Below are positions 48,790 through 58,776 of a stretch of 64,000 nucleotides of DNA, piece by piece. This DNA is from Dehalococcoidia bacterium (GTDB taxonomy: Bacteria; Chloroflexota; Dehalococcoidia; DSTF01; JACRBR01). The number at the start of each line of letters is the position of its first letter. Position 1 is the stretch's first letter. The stretch spans positions 1 through 64,000 of the forward strand of contig JBGQBE010000003.1 in the NCBI GenBank assembly GCA_041494685.1, in the 5' to 3' direction. The notes beneath the pieces were generated by a model that saw only the letters and a list, made by a program, of their open reading frames with translations, did not search any database and had not been told where the DNA came from. The translations under genes and the position numbers were made by a program.

Positions 48790-48819
48790 TTGACGAACAG
48801 GTGTTCTAAGTGCGATGAT
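48790..48819 (+). promoter_or_regulatory. comM promoter overlapped by a LexA (GAAC-N4-GTTC) box
   Basis: TTGACG -35 (48790), GAACaggtGTTC (48795-48806), extended -10 TGcGATGAT. Confidence 0.7.
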
Positions 48820-48828
48820 CGCGCCGCT

Positions 48829-50361
48829 ATGGCGCTGGCAAAGATCCTTTCGTGCGCGGTTGTGGGCCTGGAGGGCGAGATCGTCGAGTGCGAGGTCGAC
48901 GTGTCGCGCCGTGGGCTGAACAGCATGGCGATGGTCGGGCTGCCGGATGCGGCGGTCAAGGAGGCGAAGGACCGTGTCGAGTCGGCGATCAAGAACTCCG
49001 GCTTCCGCTTCCCGAACGGCCGGGTCGTCATCAACCTCGCGCCGGCCGACATCCGCAAAGAGGGGCCGACCTACGACCTGCCGATCGCGGTGGGGGTGAT
49101 GGTGGCGGCCGGCGAGGTGGTGGCCGACATCAGCCAGTGCGTCTTCCTGGGCGAACTGTCGCTGGACGGGGCGGTGCGACACGCGCAGGGCATCCTGCCG
49201 ATGGTGGCACTGGCGCGGGAGCGCGGCATCCGCACGGCGTACGTGCCGTCGGTGGACGCGGCGGAGGCAGCGCTGCTGCCGGACATGACGATCTATCCCG
49301 TCGCGACGCTGGCGGCGCTGCTGGGGCATCTCGGCGGGCGCGATCCGATCGCGCCGGTGCCGCACACGGGCATGGCGCCGCCGCGCGACGAGCAGTGGCA
49401 CGGCACGGACTTCGCGGACATCAAGGGGCAGGAGCACGTGAAGCGCGCGCTGGAGGTAGCGGCGGCGGGCGGGCACAACCTGATGATGAGCGGTCCGCCC
49501 GGCAGCGGGAAGACGCTGCTGGCGCGGGCGCTGCCGTCGATCCTGCCGGCGATGACGCCGGAGGAGCAGCTGGACGCGACGAAGATCTATTCGGTGGCGG
49601 GACTGCTGCCGGCGGACACGCCGCTGATCACGCGGAGGCCGTTCCGGGCGCCGCACCACACGATCTCGCACGCGGGGCTGGTCGGCGGCGGGCGGAACCC
49701 GCGGCCGGGGGAGATCACGCTGAGCCATCGCGGCGTGCTGTTCCTGGACGAGTTGCCGGAGTTTGGCCAGCAGGTGCTGGAGGTGATGCGGCAGCCGCTG
49801 GAGGACCGGACGGTGACGATCTCCCGCGCGAGCGGGACGGTCACGTACCCGGCGAACTTCATGCTGGTGTGCGCGCAGAACCCGTGCCCGTGCGGCTTCG
49901 CGGGCGACCTTGCGAAGGAGTGCTCGTGCTCGTCATCGACGGTGACGCGCTACCAGAAGCGGGTGTCGGGGCCGCTGCTCGACCGCATCGACATCTTCGT
50001 CGAGGTGCCGCGCGTGGAGTACGAGAAGCTGTCGTCGGAGTGGCGGGGCGAGCCGTCGGAGGTCGTGAGAGAGCGGGTGGAGGATGCGCGTCGCGTGCAG
50101 CAGGCGCGGTTCGCCGGCACGCGCTTCATGGCGAACGCGGAGATGACGCCGACGGAGGTGCGCACGTACTGCCAGACGCAGCTCGACGAGCAGGCGCAAT
50201 CGCTGCTGCGGCTGGCGATGGCGCAGCTATCACTGTCGGCGCGGTCGTTCCACCGGATCCTGAAGCTCTCGCGTACGATCGCGGACCTGGCGGGATCGGA
50301 GATCATCGCGTCGCACCACCTGGCGGAGGCGGTGCAGTATCGGCAGCGCGCGTCAGGGTGA
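48829..50361 (+). CDS. comM: YifB/ComM Mg-chelatase-like AAA+ ATPase
   Basis: INLAPADIRKEG..YDLPIA, GPPGSGKT, RAPHHTIS, LFLDELPEF, NPCPCG, SGPLLDRID. Confidence 0.95.
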   Translation: MALAKILSCAVVGLEGEIVECEVDVSRRGLNSMAMVGLPDAAVKEAKDRVESAIKNSGFRFPNGRVVINLAPADIRKEGPTYDLPIAVGVMVAAGEVVADISQCVFLGELSLDGAVRHAQGILPMVALARERGIRTAYVPSVDAAEAALLPDMTIYPVATLAALLGHLGGRDPIAPVPHTGMAPPRDEQWHGTDFADIKGQEHVKRALEVAAAGGHNLMMSGPPGSGKTLLARALPSILPAMTPEEQLDATKIYSVAGLLPADTPLITRRPFRAPHHTISHAGLVGGGRNPRPGEITLSHRGVLFLDELPEFGQQVLEVMRQPLEDRTVTISRASGTVTYPANFMLVCAQNPCPCGFAGDLAKECSCSSSTVTRYQKRVSGPLLDRIDIFVEVPRVEYEKLSSEWRGEPSEVVRERVEDARRVQQARFAGTRFMANAEMTPTEVRTYCQTQLDEQAQSLLRLAMAQLSLSARSFHRILKLSRTIADLAGSEIIASHHLAEAVQYRQRASG

Positions 50362-51222
50362 GTCTGTGCGGCGGCGGTACGGCGCGATGCCCGAGGTCTC
50401 GATGCGCGTGGCGTAGACGCCCGTGCGCGCGGCGATGAAGAGCGTGGAGCCATCTTCGCCCCACGTGCAGTTGGCGGGCAGCTGCGGGCAATCGATGACG
50501 CCCAGCGGCCGTCCGTCCGGGGCGAAGACCTGCACCGTCATCGCGCAGACGTAGAGGCGGCCGGCGCGGTCGACCTTCATGCCGTCCGGGCGGCCTTCTT
50601 CGCGCATCTCGGCGAAGACGAGGCCGTTGCTCAGTGATCCCTCGGGCGCGACGTCGAACGCGCGGACGTGATGGCGCGCCGTATCGGCGATGTAGAGCGT
50701 GCGCTCGTCCGGCGAGAATGCGAGGCCGTTCGGGCGATCGAAGTCGGTGAGGAGCAGCGTCAGCCCGCTGCCGTCGGCGGCGATGGTGAAGACGCCGTTA
50801 TACGGCAGTTCGCGCTGGTCCTCCGTGATGCCGTAGGGCGGGTCGGTGAAGAAGATGCGGCCGTCGTCGCGGACCACCACGTCGTTCGGGCTGTTCAGCC
50901 GCTTCCCGTCGTAGTGCGTCGCGAGCGCGTGCACGGCGCCGTCGCGCTCGATCGAGACGCGCCGGTTCTCGTGCTCGCAGGCGACCACGCGCATCGCGGC
51001 GTCGAGCGTCAGTCCGTTGGACTGCCCCGACGGCTGGCGGTAGACGTCGAGCGCGCCGCCGCGCCAGCGCATGATGCGGCTGTTGGGGATGTCGCTGAAC
51101 AGCAGCACTCCGTCCGGATGCCAGACAGGTCCTTCCGTGAATCCCAGCCCGTCGCCGATGAGGCGCCAGGGCTCGCTGGCGACGAGTGGGCGCAGACCAT
51201 CGTCGAAGCGGACGTCAGGCAT
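50353..51222 (-). CDS. SMP-30/gluconolactonase family protein
   Basis: TEGPVW, LNSPND, FTDPPYG, PNGLAFSPD, PDGMKVD. Confidence 0.93.
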   Translation of the reverse strand: MPDVRFDDGLRPLVASEPWRLIGDGLGFTEGPVWHPDGVLLFSDIPNSRIMRWRGGALDVYRQPSGQSNGLTLDAAMRVVACEHENRRVSIERDGAVHALATHYDGKRLNSPNDVVVRDDGRIFFTDPPYGITEDQRELPYNGVFTIAADGSGLTLLLTDFDRPNGLAFSPDERTLYIADTARHHVRAFDVAPEGSLSNGLVFAEMREEGRPDGMKVDRAGRLYVCAMTVQVFAPDGRPLGVIDCPQLPANCTWGEDGSTLFIAARTGVYATRIETSGIAPYRRRTDSP

Positions 51223-51256
51223 CGGTTCGCGTGAACCTCGGCATCATGGTGTGCTC

Positions 51257-52486
51257 CTAGAAGTCATCGGGGCAGTATGGCGCAAATGGCGTCGAGAAGA
51301 CGTCGGTCAGCGCGGCCACGGCGCGCTCGTGCGATGCGCGCACCGCGCCGACGCGGACGGAGTCGGCGGGCTTCATAAAGCCGTTATAGATCGGCCCGAG
51401 CGCACGCGCATCCATTTCAATCTCGGCTGGCGCCTCCGTGCGCTCGGCGCTCATGCGCCCCTCATGCGATGCGATGCGCCACGTGCCGGCGTTCCAGGGA
51501 GCGGCGTCGTCGGTGAGCGCCAGCGTGACGGACTTGCCGCTGGCCTGCGGCAGCGCGGGCCGCAACTCGATCGCCTGCTGCACGTCGACGAGGCGGAGCA
51601 TGATGCCCAGCCACGCCCCGGGCGGCTCCTCGATGTGTACCGGTTCCTCGAGCGCGTCCGGCAGCGGCTCATCCGGCGAGGCGAGGAGGAAGATGCGCGA
51701 CGCAAGGTCGTGGCCCAGCAGGTACGAGAGGACCGCGGCGTAGGCGTCCGCATCGAGCGCACACCAGTCGAACACGCGCAGCACGGTCTCGCCTGTCGGG
51801 TGGCCCGGCGAGGGCCCGCGGCTCACGGACGAGTAGACGACGTACCCCAGGGCTTCGCCGGCGGCGTTGGACCAGACTGCGGCGTCGCGCGGCCGGTCGG
51901 CATAGTCGGTCAGCACGTTGTAGCGCCAACGGCGCTCGCTGCGGGTCAGCGCCCCGTTGCGCGGCGCGTAGAACGCGGTGTAGACGGCGTCGAGGGTAGC
52001 CCAGTCGTCTGCGCCGACGCGGCGCCACGTGCCTTTCGCGCCCAGGCGGCGCACCTTCGCGGTCTTCGGCTGGAAGGCGTAGCTCATCATCCGACCCGCC
52101 AGCTCCCAGCCGAAGCGGCGGTAGAGCGAGTAGTGCGGCGTGTACAGCGCCGAGAGCGGCTGCCCCGCATCGCGCATCTGCGCCAGCGACGCGCGGAGCA
52201 GCGCGCCGACGTAGCCGTCGCGCCGCCGCTCCGGCAGGCAACTGACCGAGGCGACGCCGCCGAGCGGGACCTTCGCTCCGTTGATGTACTGCTCGAACGG
52301 GACGATCGTGAGCCCGGCGACCTGCTCCGCGCCGTCGAACGCCGCGAGGGACCAGTCCCGCTGGTAGTAGAGGTCGCGACGGGCAACGGCTTTGTCGCCG
52401 CGGTCGCCGTTGAAGGCGTACGCGGAGATGAAGCTGTGCTGCGCCCACTCGGCGTCGGTTAACGGCGGCCGGATCTCGATGCCCAT
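51257..52486 (-). CDS. Eis-like GNAT acetyltransferase with SCP2 domain
   Basis: GVASVSCLPERRRDG, LYRRFGW, MLRLVDV, C-terminal PYCPDDF. Confidence 0.9.
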   Translation of the reverse strand: MGIEIRPPLTDAEWAQHSFISAYAFNGDRGDKAVARRDLYYQRDWSLAAFDGAEQVAGLTIVPFEQYINGAKVPLGGVASVSCLPERRRDGYVGALLRASLAQMRDAGQPLSALYTPHYSLYRRFGWELAGRMMSYAFQPKTAKVRRLGAKGTWRRVGADDWATLDAVYTAFYAPRNGALTRSERRWRYNVLTDYADRPRDAAVWSNAAGEALGYVVYSSVSRGPSPGHPTGETVLRVFDWCALDADAYAAVLSYLLGHDLASRIFLLASPDEPLPDALEEPVHIEEPPGAWLGIMLRLVDVQQAIELRPALPQASGKSVTLALTDDAAPWNAGTWRIASHEGRMSAERTEAPAEIEMDARALGPIYNGFMKPADSVRVGAVRASHERAVAALTDVFSTPFAPYCPDDF

Positions 52487-52614
52487 GGTGTCCCAGCGTA
52501 CCCGCTCGCGCGGGCGAGTTACAGGCAGGGCGTTGAACTTCGCCAGGATGGAGCGGCCGTGCTGTCAGCACGGATGCCATTTCACCGCGGGGACCGCACC
52601 GGTATAGTCGCGGC

Positions 52615-53265
52615 ATGAGTGGACGCGGCCTGTGGCAGAGCATCCGAGCCGATCTGTTGGCGCAAGACCGCTTCGCGATCGGGCCGGGCTGGACGCCGCG
52701 TGGCGGCGGCGCGGGCGCGTGGTGGCACCGCTACAAACGCAACCACCACGCCGCGGGCATCATGATCCTGTATCGGGTGCGCGAGGCGGCGTTAAGGCGG
52801 CACCTGCCGGTGCTGCCAGGGCTCTGCGACCGCTTGATGGAGATCGTGCACCACACGTCGATCAGCCGCGGCGTGAAGCTGGGTGTGGGGGTGTACTTCC
52901 CGCACGGTGACGCGCACATCCACGGCGAGACGATCGTCGGCGACTGCGTGATCGTCGGTGTGCACTCCGGGCTGGGCCTGCGCGGAAGCTTCTTCTCGGA
53001 TGACATGGGCACGAAAGGACCGACGATCGGCGCGTACACGCGCATCGGCACGGGCGCGAAGGTGCTGGGCGCGGTGACGGTGGGTGAGCGCGCGGTGATC
53101 GGCGCGGCGGCCGTCGTGCTGACGGACGTGCCGGAGGCGGCGACGGTCGTCGGCGTGCCGGCGCACGTCGTGCGGCAGGGGCCCGTCGGCGACGAACTGC
53201 CCGCCGCCCTCGAGCGCCTAGAGGCGCTGCGCGCGATGGCGCAGCGGCCGGACGAGGAGGACTGA
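52615..53265 (+). CDS. serine O-acetyltransferase-like hexapeptide-repeat acyltransferase
   Basis: YFPHG, PTIG..IGTGAKVLG, TVVGVPA. Confidence 0.85.
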   Translation: MSGRGLWQSIRADLLAQDRFAIGPGWTPRGGGAGAWWHRYKRNHHAAGIMILYRVREAALRRHLPVLPGLCDRLMEIVHHTSISRGVKLGVGVYFPHGDAHIHGETIVGDCVIVGVHSGLGLRGSFFSDDMGTKGPTIGAYTRIGTGAKVLGAVTVGERAVIGAAAVVLTDVPEAATVVGVPAHVVRQGPVGDELPAALERLEALRAMAQRPDEED

Positions 53266-53268
53266 TCC

Positions 53269-54243
53269 ATGGCGCGAGCGTACACCCGCGACCCGCTGCA
53301 CCCGTTGGTCGAGGGGTTGTTCCAGGCGATCTTCGGCACACGCCCGGCCGAGCGCGTGATGGAGGCGGACGTGCTGCGAGCCAGCGACCCGCTGACCGCG
53401 GCGATGTTCAACATCGGCGCCCCAACGCTTCCGGTCGAGCGCGAAATCACGATCCCGGGGCCCGCGGGCGACCTGCGTGCACTGGTGTTCGCGCCGCAGG
53501 AGGCGGGCGGCGCGCCACTGCCCGTCGTGGTGTACTTCCACGGCGGCGGTTTCGTGATCATGACGCCGGAATCGTCAGCGAAGATCGCGAAGCGCATAGC
53601 CCAGAACGCCGGTGCGGTCGTCGTCAGTATCGACTACCGGCGCGCGCCGGAAGCCTCGTACCCGGCACCGCTGGACGATTGCATCGCGGCGTTCCGCTGG
53701 GTGCGCGCGCACGCGGCGTCGCTTGGCGGCGACCCGTCGAGGGTGGCGGTCGGCGGGGAATCGGCCGGGGGCAATCTCGCCGCAGCGACCGTGCTGCGGG
53801 TGCTGGCCGACGGAGACGCGCCGCCGGCCGCGGCGGTGCTGATGTGCGCGTGGCTGGACCTCCAAATGGATTCGCCGTCGTTTCGTGCGTTCGGCCCGAC
53901 GGACGCGCTGATCGACGACGTCGTGATGACGTACTGGCGCGACTGCTACACCGACGATCCGGCCGTGTGGGCGAACCCGCTGGCGAGCCCGCTGCGCGGC
54001 GACCTGTCGGCGTTTCCTCCGGCGTGCGTGCTGGCGGGCGGCATCGACCCGCTGTGCGACGAAGACGTGCAGTTTGCGGAGAAGCTGAGGGCGGCGGGGC
54101 GCGACGTCGAGTTGCACGAGTACGCCGGCATGCCGCACATCTGGAGCTTCTTCCCGCAGCTCGACGGTGTCACCGACGTCGACGCGCGCATCGGCGCGTT
54201 CCTGCGGCGCGTCTTCGGCAGCGAGGCGATCCTTCCGGAGTAG
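53269..54243 (+). CDS. HSL-family alpha/beta hydrolase (esterase)
   Basis: HGGGF, DYRRAPE, GESAGG, DPLCD, GMPH. Confidence 0.93.
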   Translation: MARAYTRDPLHPLVEGLFQAIFGTRPAERVMEADVLRASDPLTAAMFNIGAPTLPVEREITIPGPAGDLRALVFAPQEAGGAPLPVVVYFHGGGFVIMTPESSAKIAKRIAQNAGAVVVSIDYRRAPEASYPAPLDDCIAAFRWVRAHAASLGGDPSRVAVGGESAGGNLAAATVLRVLADGDAPPAAAVLMCAWLDLQMDSPSFRAFGPTDALIDDVVMTYWRDCYTDDPAVWANPLASPLRGDLSAFPPACVLAGGIDPLCDEDVQFAEKLRAAGRDVELHEYAGMPHIWSFFPQLDGVTDVDARIGAFLRRVFGSEAILPE

Positions 54244-54246
54244 GAC

Positions 54247-56454
54247 TTACGGCGCGGGCGCGGTGCGGCGGCCGTCGATCTGGCGGTTCACCGTGATGAC
54301 GCCGCGTACCGACTCCAGCTTCGCCATCATCCGGCTCAACTGCGCCACGCCGCTGGTCTCCAGCGTGAGATAGACGGACGTCGTGCGGTCGTCCAGGTGC
54401 TCGGTGCGCACGCCCATCATGTTCACCTTCTCGTCGGACACGAGCGTCGAGATATCGCGGAGCAGGCCGACGCGATCCCACGCCTCGATGTGCACGGCTA
54501 CGGGATACATATCGCCCGTGCGGCCCCACTCTACGTCGACGAGGCGGTCCTGCTCGTCCTCGTGCAGGACGTTGTGGCAGTCGGCGCGGTGGATGGTGAC
54601 GCCGCGGCTGCGTGTGATGTAGCCCATGATGCGGTCGCCGGGGACGGGGTTACAGCAGCGAGCGATCTGCGTGAGCATGTCGCCGGTACCGAGGACCTGC
54701 ACGGTCTGGCTCTGCAGGCGGCGCTGGTGGCCGCCGGCCGCCGGCAGCGCCGGCTCATCGTCCTTGTGGATCAGCGGCGCCAGTCGCAACGCGATGTGCG
54801 TTGTGGTAATGCCGCCGTAACCGAGGGCGGCGAGGAAGTCGTCGAGGGCGTCGTACTTGAAGATCTTGAGGAGGTCTTCCTGGCACTCGTGCAGGGCGAG
54901 GTTGAGACGGCGCAGCTCCTTGTCGATGATCTCGCGCCCGCGCTCGATGTTCTCGGCGCGCTCCTGCTTCTTGAACCACTGGCGGATCTTGTCGCGGGAG
55001 TGGCCGGTCTTCACGTAGCCGAGGTTGGGGTTCAGCCAGTCGCGCGACGGGCCGCGCGTCGGCTTGCCTGCCAGGATCTCGACGACGTCGCCGTTCTGGA
55101 GCTGGTAGGTCAGCGGCACGAGGCGGCCGTTGATCTTGCCGCCGACGCAGCGGTGGCCGAGTTCTGTGTGGACGCGGTACGCGAAGTCGATGGGCGTGGC
55201 GCCGGCGGGCATCTCCTTGATCTCGCCCTTGGGCGTGTAGATGAAGACCTGGTCGCGGAAGAGGTCGTTCTTCACGGACTCGACGAACTCTTCGGCAGCG
55301 GGCATCTCGCGCTGCCATTCGATGAGCTGGCGCAGCCACGACATGCGCTCCTCGTAGCGCACGTCGCGCGGCGACGCGCCCTCCTTGTAGCGCCAGTGCG
55401 CGGCCACGCCGTACTCCGAGAGCTGGTGCATCTCCTGCGTCCGGATCTGTACCTCGAGCGGGCGCGCGCCGATCGCCATGACCGTCGTGTGCAGCGACTG
55501 GTAGAGGCTCTCTTTGGGGCTGGCGATGTAGTCGTCGAACTGGCCGGGGATGGGGTGCCAGAGGCCGTGCACGACGCCGAGTGCGTTGTAGCAGTCGCCG
55601 ATCGTGCCGACGACGACGCGGATGGCCAGCAAGTCGTAAATCTGCTCGAAGGTCTTGTGCTCGGCGGCGTACTTCTCGGCCTTCTGGGCGATCGAGTAGA
55701 TATGCTTGGCGCGGCCCTTCACCTCTGCCTCGATGCCGTTCTTGCGCAGCTCTTCCTTCAGGATCTTCTCGACCTGCGCGATGTAGCGCTCGCGCACGGT
55801 GCGCTTCGACTGGATGAGCCGGGCGATCTGCTTGTAGCGCTCCGGCTCCAGGTGGCGGAACGCGAGGTCTTCGAGTTCCCACTTGATCTGCCAGATGCCC
55901 AGCCGGTTGGCGAGCGGGGCGTAGATCTCCATCGTCTCTTGCGCCGTGCGCAGGCGCTTCTCGGGCGGCTTGGCGTCGAGCGTGCGCATGTTGTGGAGGC
56001 GGTCGGCGAGCTTGATGATGACGACGCGCGGGTCCTCCGCCATCGCCAGGAACATCTTGCGCAGGTTCTCCGCCTGGATGCTCTGGTCGCCCGGCCGCTC
56101 CGCGGGCGCGCGCCAGGTGATCTTCTCGAGCTTCGTCGCTCCGTCTACGAGTTTGGCGACTTCTGCGCCGAAGCGCTTCTTGATCTCGTCGTTGGAGACG
56201 CCGCAGTCCTCCTGCACGTCGTGCAGCAAGGCGGCAGCGATGGCGCCGGAGTCGAGCTGGAGGCCGGCGACGGTAATCGCGGCGTCGAGCGGGTGGATGA
56301 TGTAGGGCTCGCCGGTCAGCCGCTTCTGGCCTTCGTGCGCGCGCGCCGCGAACTCGTACGCCTCTTCGATCAGGCGGATGCGCTCCTGCGGCAGGTAGGC
56401 GGCAGCCTTCTCGAGCAGGGGCTGGATCGTGGGCTCAGAGGCGAGGGTGGTCAT
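54247..56454 (-). CDS. rel: bifunctional (p)ppGpp synthetase/hydrolase
   Basis: GEPYIIHP, LLHDVQED, KLADRLHNMRTL, YQSLHT, TGS and ACT domains. Confidence 0.96.
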   Translation of the reverse strand: MTTLASEPTIQPLLEKAAAYLPQERIRLIEEAYEFAARAHEGQKRLTGEPYIIHPLDAAITVAGLQLDSGAIAAALLHDVQEDCGVSNDEIKKRFGAEVAKLVDGATKLEKITWRAPAERPGDQSIQAENLRKMFLAMAEDPRVVIIKLADRLHNMRTLDAKPPEKRLRTAQETMEIYAPLANRLGIWQIKWELEDLAFRHLEPERYKQIARLIQSKRTVRERYIAQVEKILKEELRKNGIEAEVKGRAKHIYSIAQKAEKYAAEHKTFEQIYDLLAIRVVVGTIGDCYNALGVVHGLWHPIPGQFDDYIASPKESLYQSLHTTVMAIGARPLEVQIRTQEMHQLSEYGVAAHWRYKEGASPRDVRYEERMSWLRQLIEWQREMPAAEEFVESVKNDLFRDQVFIYTPKGEIKEMPAGATPIDFAYRVHTELGHRCVGGKINGRLVPLTYQLQNGDVVEILAGKPTRGPSRDWLNPNLGYVKTGHSRDKIRQWFKKQERAENIERGREIIDKELRRLNLALHECQEDLLKIFKYDALDDFLAALGYGGITTTHIALRLAPLIHKDDEPALPAAGGHQRRLQSQTVQVLGTGDMLTQIARCCNPVPGDRIMGYITRSRGVTIHRADCHNVLHEDEQDRLVDVEWGRTGDMYPVAVHIEAWDRVGLLRDISTLVSDEKVNMMGVRTEHLDDRTTSVYLTLETSGVAQLSRMMAKLESVRGVITVNRQIDGRRTAPAP

Positions 56455-56474
56455 GCTGCTCCGTCATTGAGGCG

Positions 56475-56732
56475 CTACTGGCGCGCCGCGGCGTCCTTCG
56501 TCAGTCCCAACTCTTCGAGAATCTTCTCGACGGGCGTGCCGCCTTGCCGGGCGTAGCCCTTCATGCGGGCGCGCATCAGGATCGTGTCGTGCTCCTCGGC
56601 GCTGGCCTCGAACATGATCTGGAGGGCGTCGGCGACCAGGTCCTTGGCAGGGCGGTGCGAGCGAGCGGCCGCGACCTTCAGGGTCGTGTAGAGCTCCTCG
56701 TCGTCGAACACGATGGTCATGCGCCGGGTCAT
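56475..56732 (-). CDS. small ribbon-helix-helix / antitoxin-like protein
   Basis: 85 aa: RMTIVFDDEELYTTLKVAAA...LVADAL; C-terminal GGTPVEKILEELGL resembles antitoxin tails. Confidence 0.65.
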   Translation of the reverse strand: MTRRMTIVFDDEELYTTLKVAAARSHRPAKDLVADALQIMFEASAEEHDTILMRARMKGYARQGGTPVEKILEELGLTKDAAARQ

Positions 56733-56851
56733 ACGGGTACCCCTCTCTTCGGCCACGCACTTGACGCCTGTACGCTTGGGCGTACGTACGCCTGAGTGTA
56801 TCACGGCAGCCGTTCGCCTCGTCTGAACCCGGCTGGTATCCTGCCGGACGC

Positions 56852-58135
56852 ATGAGCGAGTCTGAGAAGGCCGGAAAACCACAGAAATTCGCCGCCCCCC
56901 GCGGGATTGCCGACGTCCTGCCGGACGAATGGCCGTACTGGCAGTACGTCCGCGACACGGCCGAGCGGGTCTGCGGCCTGTTCGGCTACCACCGCATCGA
57001 GACGCCGACGTTCGAGCACGCGGGGGTTTATTTGCGCACGGTCGGGGCCGGCACGGACATCGTCGAGAAGGAGATGTACCTCTTCGAGGACCGCGGCGGC
57101 GGGCGGCTGGCGCTGCGGCCGGAGGGGACGGCGGGCGTCATCCGCGCCTACATCGAGCACGGCATGGCGAGCCTGTCGCAGCCAGTCCGCCTGGCGTACG
57201 TCTCGCCGAACTTCCGATACGACCGCCCGCAGGCCGGCCGCTACCGGCAGCACACGCAGTTCGGTGTGGAGGCGATCGGCGACGGCGACCCGCTGGTCGA
57301 CGCGGAGGTCATCGACCTGCTGTGGACGTTCCTGGGCGAGCTGGGGCTGCGCGACTTCATATTGAAGCTGAACACGATCGGCGACCAGGCGTGCCGCCCG
57401 GCATACATCGCCAAGCTGCGGGAGTACTACCGGCCGCACCTCGACGCGGTGTGCGCCGACTGCCGGATGCGCTTCGAGAAGAACCCGCTGCGACTGCTCG
57501 ACTGCAAAGAGGAGCGCTGCCGGCCGCTGATCGCCGGCGCACCGCGTCAGCACGACTTCCTCTGCGACGCCTGCCGCGACCACTTCGCGCGCCTGCGCGG
57601 CTACCTCGCGACGCTCGGCGTCGAATATACGATCGACGAGCAGCTGGTGCGCGGGCTGGACTACTACACGCGCACCGTCTTTGAATGCCACCCGAGGGTG
57701 GAAGGGTCGCAGAGCAGCATGGGCAGTGGCGGTCGCTACGACGGCCTCTGCGAACTGCTGGGCGGTCCGCCGACGCCCGGCATCGGCTTCGGCGCCGGGA
57801 TCGAGCGGCTGATCCTGAACATCAAGCGGCAGGAGGTTTCCGTGCCGGGGGCGACCGCCCCGGACCTGTACATCGCGCACCTGACACCGGAGGCGGCGAC
57901 CGCGGCGCTGCGCATCGCGCGGGCGGTACGGGCGGCGGGGCGGCAGGCGATGGTGGGGAGCGCCGGCAAGAGCCTGAAGGCGCAGATGCGCCACGCGAAC
58001 GCGCGCGGCGCGCGCTACGTGGCGATCATCGGCGCGGAGGAGATGGCCGTGGGCGAGGCGACGCTGCGGAACCTCGCGGACCACAGCGAACGCCGGGTGC
58101 GCATCGACGACCTTGGGACTGCGCTGGGCGGCTGA
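56852..58135 (+). CDS. hisS: histidine--tRNA ligase
   Basis: DIVEKEMY, LRPEGTA, FRYDRPQAGRYRQHTQ, LVRGLDYY, GGRYDGL. Confidence 0.98.
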   Translation: MSESEKAGKPQKFAAPRGIADVLPDEWPYWQYVRDTAERVCGLFGYHRIETPTFEHAGVYLRTVGAGTDIVEKEMYLFEDRGGGRLALRPEGTAGVIRAYIEHGMASLSQPVRLAYVSPNFRYDRPQAGRYRQHTQFGVEAIGDGDPLVDAEVIDLLWTFLGELGLRDFILKLNTIGDQACRPAYIAKLREYYRPHLDAVCADCRMRFEKNPLRLLDCKEERCRPLIAGAPRQHDFLCDACRDHFARLRGYLATLGVEYTIDEQLVRGLDYYTRTVFECHPRVEGSQSSMGSGGRYDGLCELLGGPPTPGIGFGAGIERLILNIKRQEVSVPGATAPDLYIAHLTPEAATAALRIARAVRAAGRQAMVGSAGKSLKAQMRHANARGARYVAIIGAEEMAVGEATLRNLADHSERRVRIDDLGTALGG

Positions 58136-58188
58136 CAGGCAAGGCTTTGCGCTGTGATTAGCCACGGCGTGAAGCTGAGGAGCGCGAG

Positions 58189-58698
58189 ATGCCGGACATG
58201 CTGGTGAAGCTCTACGACCTGGGCGACACCCATTGCTACGACGCGCGTGTCGCCGGGGCAGGCCTCGTGGTGCGGCGGATGGACGCGTGGGACCGCCCGG
58301 CGGTGCGGCGGTTCATCAACCAGCATTTCACCGAGAGCTGGGCGGCGGAGGCGGACTTCGCCTTCTCGCACGGCCATCCGATCACGGGGTTCGTGGCGAC
58401 GAAGGACGGCGACGTCGTCGGCTTCGCCGTGTACGAGAGCAGCCGCCGCGGCTACTTCGGCCCGACGGGCGTGCGCGAGGACCTGCGTGGCAGCGGCGCC
58501 GGAGCGGCGCTGCTGTTCCGCTGCCTCGAATCGATGTGGGAGATGGGGTACGGCTATGCGATCGTCGGCTGGGTAGGGCCGGCGTCGTTCTACGAGAAGG
58601 TCTGCGGCGCCAGAATCATCCCGGACAGCGACGTGGGCGTGTACGGGCACTTGCAGCGCGAGACGCGGGAGCGGCTGTCGCGCCAGCAGCAGGCGTGA
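58189..58698 (+). CDS. GNAT family N-acetyltransferase
   Basis: MPDMLVKLY, FGPTGV...RGSGAG, GYGYAIVG. Confidence 0.85.
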   Translation: MPDMLVKLYDLGDTHCYDARVAGAGLVVRRMDAWDRPAVRRFINQHFTESWAAEADFAFSHGHPITGFVATKDGDVVGFAVYESSRRGYFGPTGVREDLRGSGAGAALLFRCLESMWEMGYGYAIVGWVGPASFYEKVCGARIIPDSDVGVYGHLQRETRERLSRQQQA

Positions 58699-58776
58699 GC
58701 CGCGCACTACCGCCGCGGGTGCTACCATGGGATCGAGGACGAAGCCCCCTGCGGCAGGGGGCTTCTGTGTGTGACG

